Positions 39,728 to 55,049 are shown, counted from the first letter of the stretch. The stretch: 64,000 nt of DNA from Auanema rhodensis (GCA_964057225.1 OZ059899.1:4712001-4776000); one strand, 5' to 3'. Numbers and translations are program-made. The notes: generated by a model not told the origin, from the sequence alone.

Positions 39728-42700
39728 TGATTTCTAACAAGATTTAATGAAGACTGATTATCTTGATATTAATCGTACTTATACGAACTTTGTCCCCGCC
39801 TTCAACATATAAATTTTACAGTTGTCAATCATTTTTTTTCTCTCTTTCTTTTAATATTCATTTATCTCTTTTTCTTTATTTTACTTTTTTTCTCTAACTT
39901 TAAAAGTCGCCTTAAATAACTCTTTATCAACTATTTAATTGGCAGGAGTTCATACGATGACAATGATGACTGTGAACGAGATAGGCCAGATTCAATGATA
40001 AATTTAATAATATTATTTAATCATAATAAGCATGAAAATACGAATAAGAATTTAAGAAAACATTTTTTTGAAATTATGGGTCAGCCGGTAATCATTAATC
40101 ATTTTTACGCAAAAAAATAAAAAAATAATAAAATTATATATAAATATATGTTCAAAAATAGTATGTCTAGTAATGAAATTGATAAACCTGTTAGTTGTAA
40201 TAACCATTTCATGAGTGAAATATTACAACTGAAAGATGAGGAAAGATAATATTTAATAAAGATGAACTTTGCCTAACCAGAGAAGTAATCGAAATGATGT
40301 CTGAACTTATGTATTCTCTAAATCTATACAGTAGCCATCATTTTTATTATTATAACTAATCGCTCAGCATTTGACACAGCTATTTCAATTTTACTGTGGC
40401 TCTTCTCTGACCCTTCTAGTCTGCTGACTAGTTCTATGAGCGTACTCGCGTCATCATACAGAAGGCAAGAAAAATAAGACAATGTTTTCTGAGGTATTTA
40501 AAGAAGAAGAGAAATTGGGGAAAACGTTGTGATATGAGGTATTTCAAAATTGAATTAAATTGATAAAACTTATCTTAATTGGAAAAAAATCAAAAAAATG
40601 GGAATATTCGAGAAGATAAACATACTTCAGCTTCATAACTAAGATAAAAAAGTGAGAATTGTATGAAGTAAGACAGGATTATCAAATTCAACAGTTTAAA
40701 AAGTCATTCGTTTTGTTATTCTTTGTTTCTCTCTTGTTAACAGGTAAAGAAATGAACGATAACTAAATAGGAACAAAAGTAAAGCTGCCAGTGAAGTTGA
40801 AAAAAAGATGAAGAAAAAAGACAAAAGGTTGAAAATGTCCGGTTATGGTAACTTACCAAGTGCTTGCTTGTTTTTCGTGACAGAGAAAGAACCAATCATA
40901 TGAAGAGTAGGAAAGATTGAAGGGAAAACGATGTGAACAAGGAAGATCAGAAAGCGAGAAGAAGAAAAAGAAAAAGTAAAGAGGGGAAAAGAGAAAGAAA
41001 AATACATGTAGACGAATTGTTCTCTGACACTTTAATCTATTCTTCTAATGTTCGACATAGATTACACGGTTCTTCATTTTGGCAAGGGTGGAAAATGCAA
41101 AATAATTATTGAAAATGTAAGAGGTAAGAATGTAAAGGAAACTGTACAAGAGGAAGAGTACGGTAATTAGAGTTTGAAGATGAAGAACTAACAGAATAGA
41201 ATTGTCGTCTCCTTCTAAATACCTCTTCATCGGTCAGTTCGTGAATAAATGACGAGGAAGACCTTATAGAAAACAAATTGTAAAACAGTCTCTCATGTTA
41301 ACATGCTCATCTGTACCAAATCTTATCAGAAATGTTGTTCAAAAAAAGTTTCTTTATTACTTCAGTAGATGAATATACATTTATTCTTCTAAATCCTTTA
41401 AAAAATGTTCTTGGTATTGGGTTAGCCAAGGCTTATACACATTTTTCTTCTTCTCGATCTACCTCAAAATCTTCTCATTTTTTATTACAACTGGTAGACT
41501 TATCGATGTTGTATCTTCTCTTCAATATTTTCTTTTTTATTATCGTAAAAAAACTTGTTTAGAATGGTGTTTATCAAAGACAAAACCATCTGAGGATAAG
41601 CGCATAATGAGCGTCTTCTGGACACAAAAAACAAAAAAGGTTATACGGTATTGGAATAATGATTATATGAATTGTAGAAAAACGGATGAATATTGCCGGA
41701 TTTATCTTTCTTCTGATGAAAAAAGCAGAAATAAAGACATAACAAGTAAAATAAAACAGGGGATGTTAATTAGTCAACATCTAACTATTTCGTATCTCAA
41801 ATAATCGAAATTTTTTTGATTTTTTTCTAAATTTTCGGTTTCTAATATATTCTCTAATTAAGAAAATACTAGTGAATGAAATATGAAAATGACACAGTTA
41901 TCTTACACATGATATGACGGATATAAATTTATTTGAACAGAAAATTGTTCATTCTATTTTTCAGAATAGTCAAACTATTAAATTAAATACATATGAAGTA
42001 TAATTGCGTTTTGACCGGAAAAATTTGTTCAATTTTTTAACAGAAATTTCAACAATAGGTGACTCTTCATCCTCAAATCTGAAGGACAATTATGTGTATC
42101 AACCATACTATATAATATAAAATTTGGAGAGTATACAATACTTAATATCACATAACAATAAAGTACAAAAGTAATTTTAAGTTTTTTTATGCTTATTGGA
42201 ATAAGAAAATTTTCATTTTAAATGTATTTATTTGTTTAAAAAATATTTTTATTCATTTCTTTTTTTTTCTCGGTCAATTTTATTTGGTAAATTTAAACTA
42301 ATTACAATTATATGAAAGTGCAAAAAACACGTAAATTATAAAAATTTAGGAATACTTAAATTGAAAATTGAAGAAACTGGTTCCAATTTGAGGAATTTTT
42401 TTCCTCTATAAATTAGACATATCAAACAAATATTGGACAAAAGGGAGATAATAGAAAAAATGATTTATAAAAATCGGAAAAATTGTGAGAACTTATTTTT
42501 TGAGAAAATATCTAAGTTTTTATTAAAAAAAAACGAATGTGTAAATTAAATGTTTAGAAAACATACTTTGAGAAAAATATATTTAAATATATCATACGAG
42601 AGATGATAGACAATCGAGACAATATGGTTGACAGATTAGTCGATCGTTTATGATTCAAGTATAATAAACTTGACAATAGTCTGATATTTTTTTTTTTTGA

Positions 42701-42859
42701 TTAAATAATTAATATAATTGCTTATGTTTATGTTCTTAAATTTAAAAAAGATTTGATAACAATATAAAAAATGAAGATTTGTTCACATTAAAAAAACGCA
42801 AACATGTTAAAGAAAAATTCAATTTTGTTTTATAGATTCAAGATAATTGTGTATTCTTA

Positions 42860-42864
<5 letters not shown>

Positions 42865-42916
<52 letters not shown>
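42865..42916. repeat. (CT)n microsatellite
   Basis: Direct reading. Confidence 0.9.
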
Positions 42917-43628
42917 ACGCAATGGTGAGTTATAAGAGCATTTTGGAAAGATTGATGTACAACAAGTATTTCCATATTTGGTTCGATTAACTCAAAATAT
43001 TTGTCTGTTTCTCCTAGAATACAAGGCGAAGAAGGTCCAACCTGTTTGAATGTATAATGGAACAACTAACGTGACAAGAACGATGAGTAGAACAAACGAA
43101 TAACATTCCGCCTTAGAGTTTTTTTGTTGAAGAAACAAATTTGTTTTAATTAGCTAGTACAAAAATATATTTTCTCGTCATATTTTATTTGACGAATTAG
43201 ATTACAATATAAAAATGATAAAACTGAGCAGGAGGGTCGCTCATAAAAAAATTGGGTTTCGTTATAAAAGAATAAAAAACCATGAAAATCAAGTTAAATG
43301 GTCATCATGTGCATACATACATCTAGATGTTTATTACTCATATCAACCAGTATACTGTAATAGAAAACAAAACACGAAAACGACAAGTTTGCACTTGTCT
43401 GGTTGACAATTTCAAGAAATCGCAGTTTTTAGAAGTTGCAGCTGGAAAGACAATTGAAAATTAGATCAATATCTGTAAATCTTTGAAATGGGTGTTCTTC
43501 TCATTCAAAGCTTTCCCTTTCAAATATCGTAGCAGAACCTGGTTTCAATAGTCTTCACCATATCGAGAAGGAGGAGGAAAACATAGTGGGAAAGAAAAGG
43601 AAACATGGTATGAACTAGAAAAAGAAAT

Positions 43629-43779
<151 letters not shown>

Positions 43780-46290
43780 TGCAAATAGAAGTTACATAAA
43801 GAGACTGCATCTAAAAGAGGAAGAGAAAACTAAAGAATCAAAGAAGGTTTAATCTGGGGCAGAAGAATTATAGACGGAATAACTACATATTCTTGGAAAA
43901 ATTATGTATAAATATATAGATAATAAAACACCCAAATGCTATAAAAGATATATTATAAAATTGGAATAAATAATATTAAAATACTTTTATAAATTTACAA
44001 AATTAAAATGAACTTTAAATAGCATAATGAAGAAAATCATTTATATAATATCTTGTGAGAACGAACAACAATAATCATTATTTAATGTCGATTTTCTTCC
44101 ATTTTTAGGGAAAGCCAAAAAAAAAAACATTCTTTAGTTGTATGTATAATACATAATGTCATATAAACTGATTTTCCACTTTACACCTCACTTATACATT
44201 CATTCAAAGTAGTTTACTTTCAGATTTATTATTCTTTCTTATAATTTTGCTCTCACAAAGGTTTTTTCGTCATCGTATTTAAAAGTATTAAGTGCTAATT
44301 ATACGCATAGCTTCTAAATATAAGGGATAAAGTTCAAAAAATATAAAAAAAAATAAAAATTATATTTGGATACAAACAAGGAACTGAACCACACACTGAA
44401 GATATTGAAAATGTTTTGAGGGACAAATGAGGGTACACAAGACACAGTAGTGAATGGATTGAAGAGAGAAAAGTTCTGAAGGCTTTGCGTGGTCAATTGT
44501 TTGAAATGAATACAAACAGTCGTCTCAACAGGTTGTTCCAAGTATGAGAAGGTCGTTCCTCCTCATCTACTTCGCCTGATGGCAAAGTAAAATATGATTC
44601 AGAAGATGCCAAAATCGCGTGCGAAATAGAAATGTCGCTGCCGGAGACGAAAAGGAATACTTCGAATAGACAGTGATTGTGATACAAGGTCGTTTAATGA
44701 TTACAGGTTATTGGTTAACCATACAGGATTGGTTAGGAAACGTAAACACTCGAATTTGAATTTTATTTTAAAGCTATTGGTGACCTTTTATGCAAAGAAA
44801 ATGAACAACACAAATCTTACAAAAAAAAAAGAACAAAATTTATGTTGAAATATTTATGAAATCGAAACTATGATGACGTTTTGTGAAACATTTTTTGTTA
44901 AATTTCCACTATAATAATCTTTGAATTGTTATTGAAGTTTAAACAATAGATAAAGGACAACAAAAACGGTTTTTCTAGATTAATTAGAAGAAGACTGTAG
45001 GAAAAATGCTTTTTCAACATATTACGAGATCGTAATTGATATCGAATACATCTATCAAATAGATTCATATGATCTTTGAAAACTCCAAAACGGAAAAATC
45101 AATCTTTTATTTAATTTTGAATTTTTTTGAAGAAATTAGATCAACAATGATGGGAACATTTGAGAAAGACTATTCCAAAGATTACAGGATAGGTCACGAA
45201 AAAAAACAGAAAAAATTATTAAATATGTGGTAACAGCAGAGACTGTATTCCGGTAATAGTTTTAAAAGGTTGAAACGTCATAGAAAAGGGTTCAAACCAA
45301 AAAAAAGTTCAAGACGAATGTTATGACGTCATAGAGCAGGTTGTAGACAGGCATTGCGTGAAAGGAACGAGCATCGTTTGCCCTCGAAATTTAGCCTTGT
45401 AGAGACATGACTAAATGCCGACTATAATGTCTTAATGCTTTTGAATCAGATGACAAATCAGTTTCAAGAGGCTATGATGATGTTAAATATTTTCTATTCA
45501 TTGGCCTTTCTGAATTCCATCAACTTAAATCTCTTTCTAGTCAGACTTGAAACCAAAAACGATTTGAGAGAATGACCTTCATGCAACAACAATAGAATTT
45601 CTTATAAAAAAATTGTAAGTTGGTATTTGGCTAGTATCGCATAAGTAGTTGTCTTTTTGATTATGTTGATTTACAGGGTAATATACAAATACGAACGATT
45701 GTAAACAGGATATACTTACACATTATACTTGGCATGATTCTTATTTCAATAGCCACAAGCAAAATTCAACTAAATATATCTTTAAGAATGAGTTTATTAA
45801 CATATTTATCTGTTTTAATTTGTTAATTTTCAATTTTATTTTAATAGTTATTCACTCTTTTCTATTGTTGTATCCTCTTCAAAAATAGAAAATATGTAAC
45901 TCTGATCGGCTATGTATCAATCGACATTTATAGAGATTATTACATTATATCTTATTTTAATCAAATCAATCGTGATGAATTGTCGATAGTCGAGTAAAAG
46001 TATAATACACATACATATAATTTGATTTTTGTCAGTAATAACATTCAAGTTTTTGAAGGATTTTTAGAAAAAAACAAACTATCACAGATGAATTTTGATT
46101 TCTTTTTTGGCATCTTATCGCTTGAATTCATGGATTTAAAGAGAACGTATTTGCATCAAAACAACATTGACCTTGGATTTTAAAGCTGTTGATGACAGCA
46201 TGTTCTTTATGTTATGACATAAACAAATCTATTAAAAATACTTTATTGAAGTAACTTGCACATCTATCCGGAATTACTTCATAATTTAGT

Positions 46291-47321
46291 TTAATGAGTG
46301 CGTTTGACCTTTCTGTATCTGTATCCTCCGGATGATCCCTCTCTTTCTGGGCATTTGCAGTATTCAGCATCTTTTCCTGGATTTCCGCGTGGTCCAGCTG
46401 GGCCTTCCTCACCATCAGGTCCTGCAGCTCCTTGGTATCCTTGTTGTCCTGGCTCTCCAACTGGTCCAGGTTGTCCTGGGTAGGCATCACGTCCGGAATT
46501 TCCTTCAGCTCCTTCTGGTCCAACATCTCCTGGAGGTCCACGAAGCCCTTGTCTTCCGATTGGCTTTTCAGCGTCATCTCCCTTTTCTCCTGGAGTTCCA
46601 ACCTTTCCATCTGGTCCTGGAGGTCCTGGTGGTCCCATTTCTCCTGGCATTCCTGGGTTTCCGTCACGTCCTGGATATCCTGGCTGTCCGCGAGCTCCGC
46701 GCATTCCACGGATTCCTGGAGCTCCTGAAGCTCCTTGTGGTCCTGGGAGTCCTTGTGGGCAGGTGAAGCACCCAAGTGGAGCAGAGTTCAAGATATCTTC
46801 GGCATTCTCACCATCATAACCGTCAATACCGTCCAAACCATTCTCTCCGTCTGGTCCAGCTTCTCCGACAGGTCCTTCTGGTCCTGCTGGGCAATTGTTG
46901 CTAAGAGAGCACTGGCAGCGTGGTCCTCCTGGATTGCCGCTGTTGATGAATGGAAAGTTTGGAGCGGGGTTGGCTTGTGGATTTGGTCCGTTATAGTCTC
47001 CAGATCCTGGGAACTCTGGAGCTGCTGGTGGCTGAACCCCACTGGCTCCATATCCTCCATAGTTTTGACGTCTAACACGGTTACTGGCTGATCCAGCTCC
47101 GAGCTTGACCATATCAGTCCATAGATCGTTAGTCAGGGACTGAAAAGGTAAACATATAAAACCAAAAACATTATATTTACCTTGAAGTTATCCATTTCAT
47201 TGTCGAGCTCATTCCAAATAGAAGTAACTTGAGAATAAATTGAAGCTACAGCGAATAAGGAAACAATCAAGGTGGCTCCTGAGAAAAGGAGTGCCCCTGA
47301 TGTGGCACCAGACAGAGACAT
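46291..47321 (-). CDS. rol-6: Cuticle collagen, ROL-6 orthologue; exons 47321-47181 and 47139-46291
   Basis: ATSGALLFSGATLIVSLFA N-terminal domain, MVKLGAGSASNRVRRQ furin site, CQC..C, GCFTCPQG, Gly-X-Y blocks, GKDAEYCKCP; closely matches my recollection of C. elegans ROL-6; 41-nt GT..TTTTCAG intron. Confidence 0.9.
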
Positions 47322-47534
47322 TCTATATAATACATAATAAAATTAAATTAAAAACTTAAATTAAAAGAAGAAATTATGAGGTTGAAAATTGTATCATACA
47401 TGTAAGAATTGGCTATTAAAAAATATATAAATCATTAGTCAGACCATTAGTTTTCTTCAAACAATTTAAAGAATTTAAACTCATATTTCAGAAAGATGGG
47501 AAAGTCGTCTAGTCTGCTAATCGTTTATTCTTTC

Positions 47535-47542
47535 TTTATATA
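47535..47542 (-). promoter_or_regulatory. Putative TATA box (TATATAAA) of rol-6
   Basis: ~215 bp upstream of the ATG on the coding strand; several GATA sites further upstream. Confidence 0.5.
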
Positions 47543-49662
47543 GACGAAGTCTTCCGGCAGATCGTTAGGAAAGGAGGAGGAGATTGATCATTGCCTGGAG
47601 CGGTAGAATTTTTGGTAAATCAGCAGGAAAAGAAAATGTATATATGAGAGAAAGAAGAGTATATGAGAGTTGATGAGATGAGCTATCCAAGTAAAAAATC
47701 GAACTGGCTGTTTGGATGAGACACAAAAAAAACTGAAAAAAAGAAGAGAAATACTAGCTTTGAGAATTGAGAAAGAAGAAATCAGATCTATAGAAATAGA
47801 TCTACAACTATGAGACTTTCGTAGATAGATAGATACATTTATCTGCTTAACAGATGAGATAGTCCGGCGATTTAGAGCTATGAGAGAGATATAGAGAACA
47901 CGGTAGCGAGGCGTCCATGCCAGAAAAGCCAAAAGAGTAGGTGAATTGGGAACCTGATAAAAGGAGATACGAGTTCATTTATCATTTCGATAATTAGCCC
48001 CATGAAGAAGAAAATAGAAAGTTAGACAAGCAGTTTTGCTGCTGAGATAAGACCATGAAGGAGGTCCATGCACAATCATATGATGACGTGGCATCCTGAA
48101 GATGTTTAAATGTCCAGAAGACCGAAGTTAATGATGATGATAATGAAAGATCGTTCAAAACTACATATCCCAAATCTCTTCTCTTGGAAACAAATTTTTT
48201 AAATGATCGAAGATGACAAAATCTGATTCAGAAGTCAAATAATTGAATGAAATGTTGCTAATCTAATAATCGGTGTTACCATCAACTCAATTTTTATCAG
48301 TTCTTCAGGAATCCTTTGAATTTCCAGAATCATATATAATCATTATTTCTATGTTATAACTTATGTATAAATATATTATTTATTTGTATCTTAATATCCT
48401 AAAATTAAATATTATACTTTAAGAAAATTTGTTTTGATCATTATGAAATACGTAATTTCGTATTTCATAATGATTTTTTGCTATATTTTGCTAAATTACT
48501 TTCTTTTTCTTTTTTTTTAAAAATTATATCGTTTGATGTTTTCACAAACTACAATGTCATTCATTTAAAATTCCACAAATGTTTCCGGGATTCTTAGATA
48601 AAAGTTCTTTTTCTTTCTTAACTGTTATTATGGTCAATCAACGAGATAAAACAATGATGAGAAGGAAGTCGATTGATCATCATCATTAGCTATTAAAATT
48701 AAAAAAAAGCAATTGAAACAAGATTTCAATTTCTTTTTTTTTTCATTTTGGAGTTCGGAAAACTTTTCATTTTTTGTCTTTTCATTCTTCTTGCTTCCAC
48801 ATTGAGATCATATCTCAAACTGAAGATGTACAATGAGAAAACTGAAACTTTTCATCTTTTTTCGGCCTCCTGGAACAGACGACGATAATTTCGCGAATAC
48901 CTGGAAAACTATGTATATGGGGCTATTACCACCCTAGTCTTTAGGATACGAAAATTTTATTTTAGATTTAACTTGATCTAAAATTCAATTTTATGAAACT
49001 TTCACATTAAGTTGGACGATTAAAGCAATTACTTTATTCATTATATATGAAGATTTATATTACAATTTGTAAAATAGTTGTTTTGATAAGCATAATAAAC
49101 TAAGTGATCTTTATAAATATATATCATCTCTTTCTTTCTTTTTTTAAAAACACAAGGCATGCCTCTGTTATGGTATAGAGATGTCACATGATTTTCTCAC
49201 GAGAATACTTTCAGTATATTAAGAATTATCTTTAAATAGTTATCGAAAAACCGGTTTTTATTTTCGAAAAGTAAAAATATTTTATCAAATCAGTATAAAC
49301 CACTTAGACTAATTTGTCGATTACCCATACTAGTATAGGAAAGAGGGATTCAACCAACATTACTAAATTCACATAAATTATAATCCTTTCTTCTCTTTAA
49401 GATAATAATTATAAAAGAAAAAGTATTCAAACTGATATTAAAATTTTATTTTTTATTTCTCAAATATTAAGAACGTCATCGCTTAATAATCAAGAAAATT
49501 AGAAAAAGAAATTTATTTTAACCATGTTATTTAACGATATATATTATACATATACATATATATCTCCAGAATCGTTTTGCTAGTTTTTTCTTTAAATGCT
49601 GTAAAGCATTAAGTTGGAATTTCCTATTATGCCGTACATGTCAATGTCAATATGTACCTTGA

Positions 49663-49834
49663 CTGATTAGTATGTGAAGAAGCAGAATAGCACCAGAAGC
49701 AGAGGAGCTCCAGGAGTCCGAGGAGCACCAGCAGCAGAGGACCTCCAAGACTCTGAGGAGCACTAGAAGCCCTACCACGAGAACCCAAAGTCCTCTGCTT
49801 CTAGCGCTGTTCTGCTTCTTCATATACTAATCAG
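49663..49834. mobile_element. MITE-like foldback element, ~44-bp imperfect terminal inverted repeats, internal GAGGAGCAC(C/T)AG subrepeats
   Basis: CTGATTAGTATGTGAAGAAGCAGAATAGCACCAGAAGCAGAGGA versus the reverse complement of the right end CTGATTAGTATATGAAGAAGCAGAACAGCGCTAGAAGCAGAGGA; related fragment at ~49945-50028. Confidence 0.65.
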
Positions 49835-50465
49835 GGGTTACCTTTCTTTAATTTTCTCATTATCATCAACAATCTTGAATGGTTCTTTTGTCATCAAACT
49901 ACAAAGTAAACTATTGGCTGAAAATAGAATAGTTGAGTCTGATCCTGGCTCTACTGGAAGTCTTGGGGCTCATCTGCTTCTCGTGCTCCTCGGCGTCTTC
50001 GGTCTCCTCTACTTCTAGTGCTCCTCTGTGTATCTCACTCTCTCTCTCATTTTACTTTTACTTATTAAAAAGATCATGTGTTTTATGAAATTTTATTTCA
50101 AACAATTTTATTAATAAATATATAAAACGAAAAACTGATAATTTATTTATTGATTTGTTGGGTTTTTGAGATCGCAAACGTTTTCGCTAGTAAAGATAAT
50201 GAAGCACAGTGTTCTTACTATATTAAGAATATAAACAGAGAAGTAAATACTACTATACCACAAACTAACAGAGAAACTACAACTGACTATGGCAACTGTG
50301 CGAGTATAACTAAAATAATTTTGTTTTTATTTTTAAAAAAAAATCCCTGACAAGAAAAAAAGACATTATTTACAATTAATATGAGGAACAATATATAATA
50401 TATATGATTCTAAATTTAGAAATCTAATCGAATATACTATTCTTTGTTAAAATATTGCTTGAACA

Positions 50466-52961
50466 TTATTGGTCTTTTCGAGAAAATTCACAAGATGAAA
50501 AGAATGTTTTGATGTCATCAGCTACTTTTTTGTCAACAGCTACTTTTAAAAGCTCAACCATACCCTTAATCCGAGCACTATATTCTATTGCTTGCTGAAA
50601 AAAATTGAACATGAAGCATTTTGAATTGAGAAGAAACATAGAGAAAATAGAAATATTTTAATCAAATTATAATATAGATTATAATCACTACCTCATGTAC
50701 TTTTTTCTTCAATCGATCAATTTCTTCGTCTTTATCCCTAATTTGTCGACGTAAATCGTCAACTTCAACACTTCGATCTAATCCGCGTAACAGCTCATCG
50801 AAATTTGCAACTGCTCTCTCAGAACCTGAAATGTTTAGATGTTTTTTCTCTTTTCATAAATAATGTTGAAAATATATCCAAAATCCAATTAATTACCAGT
50901 TTTTTTATTAAAAAATAAAAGTTTCATTGAGAAAAAAGGAGATTTGAATCTATTTTCATTTATATGATAAAATTCATGTAGATAAGAGCAAAATACAAAC
51001 CATAATCATGCAATTCGTCTGAAACTGAGGAAGCATCTTGCATCTCTTCCGGCTCTAGACTAATGGACTCCCTTGAGTTTATAATTGATGGCGTTTCTTC
51101 TAATATTCTTCCGCTGAAATCATATAGAATGATGAACAAAACATTTAAAAATGTGGTGTACATAAGAGGTGAAAAGACAGAACATACTTTTCAGCTTTAA
51201 CACGTCGTCGTCGCTTACAATTAGAGTAAAGCTTCTTAGCTTGTTCAACTCCTAACGGTCCAAGAGCTGATGCATATCGGTCATTGGCTCGATGAGTAAT
51301 CTTAACCCACATATTATGCCGTTCAGCATTTACAGCGGCAGACCTACAATTCGAACAATTGAATTATTCAATAGCTAATACAGGGAAAAGTGAAAAATTC
51401 GAAAAGTTTTTGTAAATTCCATCTTTCAGGTTTTTTTGATAAAAAAAAGAAGATAAAATAAGATTCTTAAATCATACCTAGATGAATTATCAAAACACAT
51501 ACGCTCCATGTAATGTTCAGCTAATCCAACAACAAAATCATGTCGATCCTTTTTCAATTGATATAAACTATCTGATGTTACGATGTTTGATATTGTAACT
51601 ATATTCGTAGATGGTGATGACGTATTTGATGAATGAGCAGATGTACTACTAGTCACCGTTCTGTAATCACAATGAAAATATAATAATAAATATTGAATTC
51701 ATAATATGTTTTAGTTGAGATTTTACTTACGCTAGGAAATCCAATAACTTTTGGTTACCATCCATTGTTTCTTCTACTAATGCTACTCCTCCCCGTGGTC
51801 CTTCATCAGGAAAATTATCTGAATTTGATTGACTTCTGAAAAAATTAAAATAAAAGAGAGTAGTTTATTCGAGTCTTACTGTTGCTCTGAAGAAAACGCA
51901 TCATCAGTTGGTATGCAAAGTTCGTCTATCAAATTTTCCTGATCCATTATTGATACTTGCTTACTAAATAAAAATATAAAAAAGTTATTTATATAAGAAT
52001 AAAAAATAAAATAACTAAAGAAAAATAAAATATATAATATATTAAGATTACTCACATGTTATCATAACTTCCATCGTCTTTTTTCTTATAATATGTTAAC
52101 AATTTTTTGACTTTGTCAACTGTTAAGAATTCTAATTTATTTCCAAATTGATCGTTAACCTAAAATAAAAAAACAAACAGTTATTAGTTTCATGATTTTG
52201 TTTAAAATACAAAAGTAAAATAAAAATTCAGTAATAACCTTATTTGTGATCCTATCCCATATCTGAGCTCGTTCTTGATTTTTCTCAGCTCTTCTAGCTG
52301 ATGCACAATCCTGAAAGAAAACGCTCGAATATGTCGAATACTGATAGACTCATGCTTACCGCTAAACCTGGCACTTCCCGAAACAGCTTGAGAAGTAATT
52401 CTCCACGCTCACGACGTAGCTCTTTCTCCTCGTGACTTGTCAGGTTGGCTTTTCGAACACTAAAAACAGAATAAACTAAAAACTGTTTTCAATCTCATGA
52501 TCAATAATATACAACTGAAGAAATGAAAAGTTGTCATGCTCAAAGGAGTTTTAACTTTCATACATACCTACGAGAATTTGAGAAAAGTGATGAAGTGGTT
52601 GATGTTGTCACGGCCAACTTGGCTTTGTCATCCGATTGCTGCTTGGCATCCATGTCCATTCCTAGGCAACGAAATCGAGCAAGTTGCTCGTCATCTCTAG
52701 AAAATGTAGAACATTGTTATACAAATTTCTAAGTAGAAAAATCAGTTCCATCTGTTTTGTTTGTATTCGTATTTTATAAACAATAAATAATATTGTTAAT
52801 ATCTCTCAAATGAATTTTATAGTATAACTCTTATATTTCTTTTCTGAAATCAGTTTGTTAATTTCGAGAAAATATACCTACTCGAAGAGATAATCTGGGT
52901 TCAGCTTAATTTTTTTACAAGGAGATTCGTCATTGTTAGCTAAGACAGATCGTTTCAGCAT
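50466..52961 (-). CDS. Multi-exon putative nuclear protein with two Myb/SANT-like repeats and a C-terminal coiled coil
   Basis: Exons join in frame: MLKRSVLANNDESPCKKIKL (NLS-like) ... ERAQIWDRITNKVNDQF..LTVDKVKKLLTYYKKK ... ERHNMWVKITHRANDRY..LGVEQAKKLYSNCKRRRR ... VDDLRRQIRDKDEEIDRLKKKV ... SRKDQ*; upstream exons not excluded. Confidence 0.7.
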
Positions 52962-54940
52962 CGTGAAACAGATTTGACCGAAGAAAATCTGAACACAAGT
53001 TGTATATTATGCTTGTTATATTCACAATTTTTCTCAAAAAAAAAACATAATTTATATAAAAAATTAAACAACAAAGTAAAATAAGAGAGAGAGAAACACT
53101 GAACAATAAGAATCAACGAGAGAGATGTGGAGATGAGGTATTGCAAAAGCTGGTTATAGAGAATGATGAAGCAATATGAAGAAAGACAACTTGACAATAT
53201 GCTTCTGAATCATCAGTTTGAAGCTGATGGCAGAACACTAGTTGATGGTAGTACAACGTTCTGAGAGTGAGCGAGAATGAGAGACGAGCATCAAGATTTT
53301 AGCGAGATATCAAAGAATTCTGATGCTGACGTATGCTGATGAAGCAAGATGGCCGACACTAAGCTTTGATTTGGAAGCTGAACGATAAGGAAAATTGGCA
53401 GAGGGTGAAGGAGAACTGGGTAGGGAATATAGGGAGAGAGCGAAGAGCTGGATAAGATGAGAGGAGTAGATAAGCTTGTGCTTTAGGATGAAGTTGTCCC
53501 CCGTGGTGTCAAAAGAAGTAAATTATAAGAATCCAGGAGTCACCACAGAGAGAGAAAAAAATAGAGAGAGAGAGAGTGGAGTATAAATAAGGAGAGTGAA
53601 CAAGAGAGAGTTATAAGCTGATAATAAAGAAATCGAAGAAATGATAGAAATAATAAAACTGTCTATTTAAAACAAAATTGAATATTGAAAAAAATGTTTC
53701 ATAAGCTGAGAAAAAAACATTTTCACAACGATTGCTAGATTTTGGGAAGTTTTTCAATACAAGTCGATTAGGAAATTATTTAAAAGATATAATTTTTTCA
53801 AGTTGAGGTGCTGGCTAAATCATCATGAAAAGAATGATTATGCCTTAATTCATAGCATTTGATGGTGCGAGAAAAATACAAGGATTACGATGAGGAGGAC
53901 GGGGGAAAAGATGCGAGAGTAGGAGGATGAGGAGGAGGTGGAGGAGGATGAGGAGGAGGGGGAGTTAGGAAGAAGAAGTGGCTGGAATATTGAAGATTAT
54001 GAGAGACCAGCAAGAGAAGTCAAGAAAATGAGAAATATAAAAGAAGAGCAGAGAGAACTACAGAGAGGGAGTAGAGGCGAGGATGTAGAGTTGGCGAGAA
54101 GTGTAGAGGGGGCCAGCTAGGCTGGTTAGTTGGTCGAGAAAACAAGGAGTATGAGAGACAGAGCACGACATAGACAGATAGATCAGATAAATGGTTGGAG
54201 ACGAAACAGAGAAATGGAGAAGATGGAGGGGAAGAACGAGAAGAAGAACGAGATGAGCGAATGAGGAAGGATGGAAATGAGCACGAGCAGAGTCTTGAGC
54301 GGGGTTGGTGAAAGACGACAAGACTACGGCGACCACTAAGAGAAAAAAAGATGAAGAACAAGAAGACGGAGAAGCTGGAATGAAGAACTGGGACATGTGA
54401 ACAGGAGGTGAGAATATGGAGCAAAGAACGAGCCATGGAAAACAATAATGAGCATGAGAAGAGAACAAGTTAGGAGTAGGAGATTGCTGGTCGATGAAGA
54501 TAGCTAGTCGGACGTTTCCTCCTCCCACTCCTGGATGTACCCCAGAACTAATGCTTTCTATTACTGAATTCGCAAGATTATCTGCAACTTTGTTGGGGTT
54601 TTCTGTTGTTTTTCTTCATCCTTGTACTTCAGGATTTTGCAGCGAATTTTCATACATCTGTTGCTGACTGATTCCATCGAATGTCCTTGTTAAGCTTCAA
54701 AACTACATGAATTCAGTTTTTGAGTTTATTTCAACAAACAGAAAATGGGCTATTCAGCTTTTAGTATCGAATTAAAAATGGAAATATAATTGCTACGAAG
54801 AAATAATAACTGTCTAACCTCACATCATACCATATTATTGTTTTTTAAATTTTGAAAACATCATGCTCTAAGTTAGAGCGATTAATGTTTCCAGTAAGCA
54901 TCCTCTATCTCTACACAGTATAGCCAATATGCCTACCTAT

Positions 54941-54983
54941 TTCTCTTTCTCTTTCTCTCTCTCTCTCTTTCTCTCTCTCTCTC

Positions 54984-55015
<32 letters not shown>

Positions 55016-55049
55016 CCTACCTACCTACCTATCTATCTATCTATCTCTC
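54941..55049. repeat. (CT)n-(CTAC)n-(CTAT)n compound microsatellite
   Basis: Direct reading. Confidence 0.85.

Noticed and set aside
46212-47091. Overlapping long ORFs around the collagen
   Set aside because: Shadow frames of Gly-X-Y codon periodicity
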